From Amoebidium appalachense (Eukaryota > Protista > Ichthyosporea): DNA of 64,000 nt. How positions within the stretch are numbered: the first letter of the stretch is position 1; each line of letters begins with the position of its first letter. The stretch lies in the NCBI GenBank assembly GCA_963693365.1, contig CAVNZM010000003.1, positions 4,473,106 through 4,537,105 of the forward strand, given 5' to 3'. The notes beneath the pieces are model-generated. The model saw only the letters and a program-made list of their open reading frames with translations, made no database searches and was not told where the DNA came from. Below, piece by piece: positions 54,660 through 64,000 of this stretch. The position numbers and the translations under genes are program-made.

Positions 54660-55760
54660 GAAGGGGGGGAGGGGGAGCGGGGGGATGGGTGGTGGTTGTC
54701 ATAGTGTGTGGTTGTAATTGTTTCATGTGGGGGGAGGGGGAAAAGGGTGGGTGGATGGTGTGTATGTGGTGGGTGGGTGTTGGGTGGGTGGGTGGGTGGG
54801 TGTTGGTGGGCGGGGGAAGGGGGGGGGGGGGGGGGGGGGGGGGGGAATACGGTTACGCTGTTACGGTGGCGATGATTACTCACTTATAAGCTCTAGAATT
54901 TCTGAGCGTCACAGTGACGAAAAAAAACAATGAGCCACCACTTTTATTTTTCTTGGTTTGTTTGTTTTGTGTCGTTTTGTTTGTTTGTTTGTCTGGATGT
55001 GTTTGCTGGTTTTTCTTTCGTGCATTGTGTGTACAGGGAGTGGGCAAAGGTGGGGTTGTGTCAAGGGTTTTTGAACCCTCTTGGAGAATGGTTATCTCTA
55101 TCCACATTCTTAGTTCAGTGTCCGAGTGTGTTTGTTCGCTACCTGTGCCGTTCCCTTTTTATTACTATTCTTTCTTTCAAAAAAAAAAAAACGTCTTCAC
55201 CTCTTGCACTCCTTTCTCCTCCTGCACACCTTTTTTTAAAAAAAACCTAAATTTTTTTAACAGGGACCGAGAACGAGACCGCGACCGTAAGGACAAAGAG
55301 AAAGACAAAGACAGGGACCGCGATCGCGAGAGCAAGAGAGATCGCGAGAAGGATCGCGACAGAGAGAAGGACAAGGACAAAGAGAAGTCACGTGACAAGG
55401 ACAGAGAGAGGGGGCGCGATCGCGATCGCGATGACAAAGATGGGGAGAGGGACAGGGACAAAAAGAAGCGTTCGCGGTCCCGTTCCCGATCGCGTTCACG
55501 AGGACGCGATCGTGACCGATCATCCCGCCACAGCCGTCGATCGCAATCCAGGTCGCGCGACCGCAGGGATCGCCGCAGATCGCGTTCCCGCTCGCGCGAT
55601 CGATCACCTCGCAGGTATGTGTTGTGTTAGGGGTTCTGGTGCTGTTGTTGTCGTGTCGAGTCATGATTCTGGACGCTGTGGTTTTGGGTGGGTGGGTGTT
55701 TTTTGGTCCCCCCCCCCCCCCCCCCCTCCTTTAATGCGGTGGCGGTGTGTGTTCGTGTGT

Positions 55761-55812
<52 letters not shown>

Positions 55813-55934
55813 GGAGGGAGATGGTGGAATGGTGGAATTGATGCTACGGTGTCAATGATTACTCACTTACAAGCTCTGTTTTTTTTTTCTTCGTTACTGT
55901 GACGCTCAGAAATTCTAATGAGCCATCTGACACA

Positions 55935-55965
<31 letters not shown>

Positions 55966-57331
55966 CGTTTGTTTGTTTGTTTGTTTGTTTGTTTGTTTGA
56001 TATAACACTTGTTTCACTCTTCGTTTTTTTTATTATCTAATTGGCTGTTATATTTGATTTTAATTTTTTATTTTTGCTAACTAGCGTCATGCTTATTGTG
56101 CGCTCTGTGATCTGATTGGCTGCCCCGTTGCAGACGGTCAAGATCTCCCCGCCGTTCCCGTTCCCGCACACCACGCCGTTCCCGGTCGCCTCGCAGAGAA
56201 AGAAGGGAACGTGAGCCAACACCATTGACGGAGGCTGAAAAGAAAGCAAAGGCTGTATGTAACCACCCCCTATGCATGCTCTTTATGTGTGTGGTTTGCG
56301 CTTTCCATCGTGTTGTAGGTTATGGATGTGTACATCGTGCTTTCATACATTCTAACCCGCTGGGCTCTGGGTATGTTGCATACTGCGCGTGTTGCTGTGA
56401 TGTTGCATATCGAATGTTTTGCCTTTGCATGTGTCCTGCATCGTGTTTCTGATCAAATAGTTGTACTTATGTGTCCCCCCACCGCTTTACTTCCATGCAA
56501 CCGGGCATGGTTGCTCTGTGTCGTGCATCTGTAAGCACATCCACATTTTTCGCTGCACTGCATTAGTTTGCACACACATCTTCACCGTTTTGCTCACCTT
56601 GCTTGCATAAGCAACCCTGCTCGTCTTTGATCAAGACGGGTTGACCCGCCCAAGCTCAGTTGATGCTGCTGTCTGAGTTGGAGTGTCGTATATACGCGGG
56701 CTAAGGGGTCGAAACTCAGACGCAATTGATGACTTGGGTCCTCCCTGAGGATGGGCTCTGCTTATGACGCATACTGTGCACATGGCTGATGTTGCATACT
56801 TGAATGTTTGCCTTTGCATGTGTCCTGCACCATGCTTCTCGTCGTGTATGCGTACTTTGTACCGTGTTCCGCATTCAAAACCCCCCCAGTCTTCTTTCAG
56901 AGGTGTCCTTTCAGGACAGACCACTGTGTGGAGACCGCTTTACTTCCATGCAACCGGGCATGGTTGCTCTGTGTCGTGCATCTGTAAGCACATCCACATT
57001 TTTCGCTGCACTGCATTAGTTTGCACACACATCTTCACCGTTTTGCTCACCTTGCTTGCATAAGCAACCCTGCTCGTCTTTGATCAAGACGGGTTGACCC
57101 GCCCAAGCTCAGTTGATGCTGCTGTCTGAGTTGGAGTGTCGTATATACGCGGGCTAAGGGGTCGAAACTCAGACGCAATTGATGACTTGGGTCCTCCCTG
57201 AGGATGGGCTCTGCTTATGACGCATACTGTGCACATGGCTGATGTTGCATACTTGAATGTTTGCCTTTGCATGTGTCCTGCACCATGCTTCTCGTCGTGT
57301 ATGCGTACTTTGTACCGTGTTCCGCATTCAA

Positions 57332-57372
<41 letters not shown>

Positions 57373-57566
57373 CCCAACCCAACCCAACCACCCACCCCTC
57401 CACCCATCCACCCCTGGGGACACACACACACACACACACACACATGCATGCGATCTCTTTTTCTAAGCGTGCAGTCAGTTCGTTTCGTGACCAGGGGCCC
57501 CGGTTTGCTGTATGGGCGGGTTCATGTGGTGCTCACGATTGTTGGTTTTTTTCTTCTTTCCCTCCC

Positions 57567-57608
<42 letters not shown>

Positions 57609-59299
57609 GCGCTCCCCTTCTCTTTTGCATACTTTCTCAACCCTTTAACATGACAAAGATAACGTGTCGATCTTTCAATCATCGTCTTTTTCCAAAGCCA
57701 CGATTTCGCTGTTGTGTGTGAGTCCCGACCCGTAATATTTGGGTGCCTTCGTTGTATTTCCTAACCCCAGCTTGCTTCTCTTCCGCAGTACATTGACTCG
57801 CTGACGCCGGAAGAGCGATCGAAACTCGACGATCCGCTCGAAAAAGAGACTCGTTCCGTGGTATGCATGCAGCTCTCTGTGAAGCTGCGCAACAAAGACT
57901 TGGCTGAGTTCTTTGAGCAAAACGACTGCCTCGTGCGCGACGTCCGCATAATTTCCGATCGCAATTCCCGCCGATCGAAGGGGATCGCATATGTGGAGCT
58001 TCTCAGGAGGGATGATATGAGCAAGGCTCTAGCTCTGAGCGGGACGAAGTTGATGGGTGTGCCTATTATGGTCCAGTATTCACAGGCGGAGAAGAATCGG
58101 CTGGCGCAGCAGGTACGATGCACCATTTTAATTTTTATTTCAAAACTAATTTTGCTTTTAATGTCCCTTTGGTTGCGTATACATGAAATAGGCTTTTGGC
58201 GTTGTTGAAAGATGATTATATTTGGACATGCAGCGGGCGCGCACACACTCACTCACCTACTCACATTTCAACCTCTATTATTTCTTGTTTTTATCCTGTG
58301 TCGCGCGCACACAACATACACATGTGCATGTGCCTGTGCGTGCACACACACACACAACAACGGGACTACACCAACCCCCCTCTGCATCGTGTTATCCGTT
58401 GTTCATGTGTACTTCGTACTTTATGACATATTCAACCCCCCCCCCCCCCCCCTCTTCCCCCATCCACAACATCTGCATCGTGTTGTCCGCCGTGAGTGTA
58501 TTCATCCTCTGTATTATTATATTCTAAATCCCCTCTTTTCCCAGTGGCCTATGCACACACACATTAAGAGCAGATTTAAAAAAAAACATGAGTCATCACT
58601 ATGGGGTGGAAACGGACGTATCCGCCGGTGGCGCCACGGCACAGCATAGCAGCCGTGGCGCTGCCTGTAAGTGGCATAAATTTGTATGTATGTTTGTATA
58701 TTTTTATGATAACCATATATTTGCTCTATATTCATATTTCATAACATATATTCATAAATATTATATAATTTTCATACACTTTCCGCTTCGCAACGATTTT
58801 GGAATTTGGCGCAGTGGCTCAGATCAATCAAGCCAACCAATCAGACAGCAGGAAAGCTTGGTCCGGCCCATGTCGCCAGTCTCGCCACCGGCGGATACGT
58901 CCGTTTCCACCCCATAGTGGTGTACACGCCGTTGCCACTCAGTATCAAGATTTACATTTAGAGATTTTAAAAAGTGGCTTCTAATTCAAAAAAAAGCTTT
59001 TCTTTCTGTCTACATGAAAAAGCAATAAAGTAACACTGTTCACCCCTCTGCAGCAGGCACAGGCGGCATCTCTTGGGCCGACCAAGCTCTACGTTGGGGG
59101 CCTTCAATTCACACTGAATGAGGAGGACGTCCGACAGATTTTCTCTGCTTTTGGCGAGGTATGACCCCCCCCCCCCCCCCCCCCAACCCAACCCAACCCA
59201 CCCACCCACCCACCCACCCACCCTGTTTAAGCGAAACAGTATCTGAGTTGGGTTTCGTTGACGAGGTGAATGGGTCGAAACTTGAGTACTGTGGATGAC

Positions 59300-59335
<36 letters not shown>

Positions 59336-59434
59336 AGGATGGGCACTGCTTATTATGCATACTCTTGATGTGCAGTTTGCACTCTGCATCGTGTTGTCCG
59401 TTGCTTATGTGTACTTCGTAGTTTATACACATTC

Positions 59435-59469
<35 letters not shown>

Positions 59470-59775
59470 TTTTGCACTGGTGTGAGGCGTGAAGCTTTCT
59501 ACCACAACCATACATGTTACACCTTGAGAGTTTTGTGCCTCGGCTCTGACGACGTTTCCGAGCCTGTGTGCCTTTAAAACTCCCAGTAACTCTTAAAGAA
59601 ATCCTGGCTGACCTTACCTTATTTTGCAGGTTGAGTCGGTGTACCTTCAGAAGGACGACCAGAACCGGTCCAAGGGCTTTGGGTTTGTCAACTTTAAGAA
59701 GACGGAGCATGCAAAGATGGCCCTCGACGCTATGAACGGAATGGAGATTGCTGGCCGACAGTTGAAGGTGCGTGC

Positions 59776-59825
<50 letters not shown>

Positions 59826-59847
59826 AAAAAAAAAAAAAAAAACCAAA

Positions 59848-59884
<37 letters not shown>

Positions 59885-60056
59885 TTGGATTGCTCGGGGT
59901 TTTGTTGGCTTGTTTGTGAGGAGAATGGCTGTTATAAGTCAGGTTTTTGTTTATCTTTAGAAGGGATGGGTAATTGGCGTGTGTGTGGGGTAGTTGGCGT
60001 GCGTGAGTGCGTCTACAGACGTGTTACCAGAGGGTCGAGGTAAGGGGTGTGTGTGT

Positions 60057-60102
<46 letters not shown>

Positions 60103-61396
60103 GTTGGGAGGGAGGTGTGCAGTCTCTCCTGTTACCTTTTTTTTTCAAGCGCCTCTTTTGGCAATGAATAAAAGTTTACAACTGCTTATTTTGGAAATCA
60201 CCAAAATTGGCAGTGGCTTCTCTTTACAACATTTGTTTTACCAATTAGTTCTTCTGGTAGTTACCTATTTTCCCACGTATTTTTTATTTTTTTATTTTTT
60301 TTGCAATCTGGTTAATATTTGTATTGTCAACCACCACCCACGTACAGGTGGGCTGGGAGACATTCTGGCAATCATTTTCTATGCCGTTCGCTTTTTCTGG
60401 CAATTAAATCTACCTAATTTGGCAACTTCTAATTTGGCAACCACCAATCACTATAGGTGGGCTGGGAGACTGCCGGCAACAAGGACGTGCTGAGTCTTGA
60501 CGATGAGGAGGGTGGGGGTGTTGCCCTGTCTGCCGTGTCGAGGATGGAGCTGATGAGCAAGCTGGCTGCTAGCAAGGACATTGCTACCCCGTCATGTACG
60601 TGTCCCTCCTATTGTGCCCCCCCCCCCCCCCCCCCCCCTGATGATGGGGTCTGTTCAAGTGTTTTCTGCCTGCACGCCTAAGTTGTTTCAATTCGGGTTT
60701 CTCATTTTTGTGACCTTTTGTAGTTGGTCCTTTGTTGTTTCCTCCATGTTTCCAACCCTCTAACGCATACCCCCCCCCCCCCCCCCCCCCTCCCCCCTCC
60801 CTCCCCCTCCCTTCTAGATCCCCCCCTTCTCCGAATTAATGCGTTCTGCTTGTGATGCACACTCAGATTACTACGTGTGAGATTCGGGGGCATTTCCGTG
60901 TCTCGCTAAATCTCATACCCATCCGACTTAGCCCTTGTTCTTGTGGGCAGTTCGACGGCAGTGTTTCTGACGTGCAACAGGAATGCTACTACCCTCCCAC
61001 CAAGCACGCAGTGACCATGGGCGTTTCTTAAGGATGCGCTTTGCTTATGATGCTGGTTCTTACTGTGCAAAGCCTGCATTGTGCCGTCCATCGCTTGATA
61101 TCTCATTCTGCCTTCTTTCTACCCCTCTTTTACTAAGCACACACACACGCACACACGCACACACACACGTACACGTACACGTACACACTCACACAGTGAC
61201 GATGGGGCCCAGCCTGACCCTCACCAACCCTCTGCTTATGGCTGGCATGCTGCCCGTGGCCCTGCCCACTGCCCTTCCTACGGTCCTCCCCACCCCCGTT
61301 GTTGCCGGCCCGATCACCACACAGTGTCTTATGCTGAAGAATATGTTCGACCCCCATGCGTATGTGAACCCCTCCCCCCCCCCCACCGCCCCACCA

Positions 61397-61447
<51 letters not shown>

Positions 61448-62128
61448 AACACAAACACAAACACACACACACACAGGATGGGGAAAGAAAAAGAAAGGCA
61501 AAAAAAAGAAAGAATAGACAAACGAGAGAGGGAGGAAAGGGGAGGGGGGGAGGGAGAGAGAGAGAGTTAGGGAGGGGGGATGTCGGGGGGGGGGGGGAGT
61601 GTGTGTGTGTGTGTGTGTGTGTTTTATGTGTGTCTGTGACGGAGTAGAGGAATTCGGAGGGAGGGGGAGAGGAACTCACGGTTGTGGTGGTGGGGAGGGG
61701 GGGATTTGAAGAACATGTGATAGAAGGAAGTGAATTGATGAAAGCTGATTGCCAAGGGGAGCTGGATGTTGTTTGTGACGAGGGAGAGTGGAGGGGGTAG
61801 AAGGGTAATCGCCCGAGGGGGGGGGGGGGGGGGGAAGCTACACGGCACGGGGTGAGGATAGGGAACAACACACATGAATACACACTTGCACATAATATAT
61901 GCACACGGACACACACGCACTACACGCATTCACGTACACACAAACAACCAACTTCTCTCTCTCTTTTTTTTTCCTCGCTCACACTAACCATCTCCTATTC
62001 CTCTACAGGGACAAGGAAGATGAGTGGGACCTTGACCTCAAGGAGGACGTCGAGGATGAATGCAGCAACCACGGCAAGCTGCTTCACATATCCGTAGACA
62101 CGGCCTCCCCTTACGTAAGTTTTTGTCA

Positions 62129-62173
<45 letters not shown>

Positions 62174-62781
62174 GGGGGGGCGAAGTTCCGCCTGTAAATG
62201 TGTCTGCCTGCAAGCTTGGGAAGTGTTTGCACGCATGTCTTTCGTTGCTCGTCTTGTACCTTCCAACCCCTTTGTCGTTCCACACCAAGCCAGCTAGGTT
62301 TAATACTCCGTCTAGATATTCACGGACAGTTTCCTGGATGGTGTGCACACCCTGCACGCTATTGATTAGCAGATTTATCAAGCGGGTATCCATATCTACC
62401 ATAAAATTTGACGGTCAGATATACCTGCAACCAATCACAACGCCTTCTTGGAGGAAGTGGACTCAGTTTGCGCGGAAGCCCGGAACGTGTCCCGTATCAT
62501 TTATATAAATTGGATGGTATTCTTGAATAAGGGATTGTATTCTAAAAGGTGTAAATGCAATTTCGGTCACTTTCTACAGACTGAGTGCATGAGGGTGCAT
62601 GTTGATGTTTTTTAACCCTTTCTAATTCGTGTTTTTGCAGGGTGCTGTGTATGTCAAGTTTGAGACGGTTGGGGCAGCCAGCAAGGCACAGGCGGCGCTG
62701 AATGGGCGGTGGTTTGACGGCCGAAGCATTATTGCTGAGTATGTCCCTGTGGCTACATACGCTGCAAAGTATGGTGTGTGA
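53090..62781 (+). CDS. RBM39: RNA-binding protein 39 / CAPER splicing factor (RS domain, RRM1, RRM2, UHM), 11 coding exons
   Basis: Exons 53090-53125, 54474-54592, 55264-55614, 56134-56254, 57789-58112, 59054/59057-59158, 59630-59767, 60457-60595, 61197-61359, 62009-62114, 62641-62781. Diagnostic DVRIISDRNSRRSKGIAYVE, SQAEKNR, LYVGGL, SKGFGFV, RMELMSKLA, CLMLKNMFDP and LNGRWFDGR. Confidence 0.95.
54865..54939 (+). ncRNA. Candidate intronic box C/D snoRNA with guide to the 5' domain of 18S rRNA
   Basis: Terminal stem GGTGGC/GCCACC. C box ATGATTA with co-varying D box ATGA; D' CTGA; C' GTGACGA. 12-nt AGCTCTAGAATT one base before D' is complementary to the conserved 18S sequence AATTCTAGAGCT (rRNA sequence recalled, not searched). 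Confidence 0.6.
55842..55933 (+). ncRNA. Paralogue of the 54865 element with an inverted 41-bp core (pseudo-snoRNA or antisense partner)
   Basis: Flanks are direct copies (ATGATTACTCACTTAYAAGCTC...ATGAGCCA), but 55877-55917 is the reverse complement of 54894-54929. Confidence 0.6.
56381..57370 (+). repeat. ~453-nt-unit repeat, about 2 tandem units ending in poly-C, in RBM39 intron 4
   Basis: TCAAGACGGGTTGACCC at 56630 and 57083 (period 453). The leftmost part is more diverged and partly deleted. Confidence 0.95.
58597..58919. mobile_element. 323-bp MITE with perfect 37-bp TIRs beginning CACTATG (Transib-like or CACTA-like)
   Basis: CACTATGGGGTGGAAACGGACGTATCCGCCGGTGGCG at 58597-58633 and its exact reverse complement at 58883-58919, with an AT-rich centre. 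No clear TSD. Confidence 0.88.
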
Positions 62782-63136
62782 TGTATGTAGGTTTGGTTAC
62801 ATTGACGGAAAGTTGGTTACCGTTTCTATCAAACAATTGATCGCGTGAGGTGTGTTGTGTTCCAAGGAAAAGAGAGGCTAGATTTAAATAGACATATCAG
62901 TCCATGTAATTACTGCTATTTTCTGCCCCAGTTTGCGGCCTGAAATTCTGTGAATATATGATTGCGGAATGTTGTGGGGTGATTTCTATATTCTTTTTTT
63001 ATCTTTCTTTTTTTGTTTTTTGTTTTATGACGAGGTAGCCGTGAATGGAAGGAAGAGAGTCTTTCCCGATGGAAAAAAATGGCTAGCGAGGGCAGGGCTT
63101 TTTGTGGGTGGGTGGGTGGTGGTGGGGTGGATGTGT

Positions 63137-63167
<31 letters not shown>

Positions 63168-63923
63168 GGGGGGGGGGACATGCATGCACCGTTATATTAA
63201 TGTAACAAACAATATCTGAAAGCTTTCAACACTTTCAGCCTACTGTTGGGTGGGTATCCATCGATCATATTGGTTGTGTAGGTAAGAGTGAGAGACCTAC
63301 AAAAAAAAGGGGCTGAGTGTCCATATAGGTCATATTATACCACTGGCCTGCTATATATTGTTGTCAATGATCATCGCACATTTTGAAATAAAAGTACGAA
63401 CTTTCTGCACTCAATCGCCCTTCCCAGCACTGGTGCCTTTCGCCAAAGCTTTCCATATTTCCAGCGCTGATGCCTTTTGGCATTTCATTATGGTTTCGCC
63501 ATGTCGTTTGACCACTGTTTTACACAAGTACAGAGCGAAATTTCTTTCAGGCACCGGTGCTGGTGGTGCCCGACTAGGGGCATCAAAGCATAACAAGCTT
63601 TACATTAAACACCATGTTTTTTTTGGTTTTCGCATGCTTGGGATTCGTTTGTTCATTCAATACGCGATCTTTGTCATTGCAACTGGGGTCATGGTGTCCG
63701 AAAAGGTCGACCATTGACCATGGCGTCATCCCGGGTCACGACGGACCGGGATCAAAGATGGATTTCCATGAGCTCTGCTGTGCTAACTATTTTCTCAACA
63801 ACAACATTTTATATATCACAACCTGCGCGTTTCATTTCTGAAGTATATTGCGTCAGGAATATACAGCTCTCTTGTGTAGCTACACACGTGCACTACCACC
63901 TACTGAGGCGGTGTCTCCTTTCT

Positions 63924-63954
<31 letters not shown>

Positions 63955-64000
63955 CTGAAAAGGGACCGCTTGAGTAGATGTTAAAACGTCGCACGTGCGG

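Noticed and set aside
56745-56760. CTGAGGA in the repeat as a canonical hammerhead CUGANGA core
   Set aside because: No downstream stem II-GAAA follows, and a permuted arrangement leaves only 4 nt for stem I. Only the variant upstream arrangement is kept as a hypothesis.
56631-56924. Recurrent minus-strand ORF (...MQRQTFKYATSAM...) in repeat copies
   Set aside because: It recurs only because the DNA repeat recurs. It has no recognisable domain, and unit lengths of 451-453 break the frame.
62300-62520. Weak inverted similarity at the ends of an RBM39 intron 10 segment (old MITE?)
   Set aside because: Too degenerate to support without alignment to other copies.
63358-63977. Short non-repetitive ORFs at the right edge
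   Set aside because: Multiple stops in all plausible frames, with no recognisable motif or consistent exon structure.

Overview
Intron-rich eukaryotic DNA, inferred to be a unicellular holozoan or similar opisthokont from its animal-like EXOC1 and RBM39. Introns are full of poly-C/poly-G tracts and (CA)n/(CT)n microsatellites, which generate almost all of the ORF track as artefacts. I spliced exons by hand. Host genes: 5' part of a PRMT3-like gene (-), 23-exon exocyst EXOC1/Sec3 (+), an OTU protease + CXC + Myb-like gene that may be transposon-derived (+), an intronless secreted Cys/Thr-rich protein (+), a small orphan Cys-rich protein (-), a UIM-UBA-PTH2 peptidyl-tRNA hydrolase needing an 8-nt microexon (-), and RBM39/CAPER (+). 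Mobile DNA: a 3.2-kb P element with perfect 36-bp TIRs, an 8-bp TSD and an internally deleted THAP transposase, plus several MITEs. Three signals stand out. (1) A sense-oriented intronic repeat family with a ~452-nt unit, in partial head-to-tail multimers that always end at a poly-C tract, with hammerhead-like and Pol III-like motifs. (2) A candidate box C/D snoRNA and a paralogue with an inverted core, flanking the in-frame RS exon of RBM39. (3) Recurrent tandem duplication of splice sites, leaving decoy exon ends. No database searches or folding computations were run.
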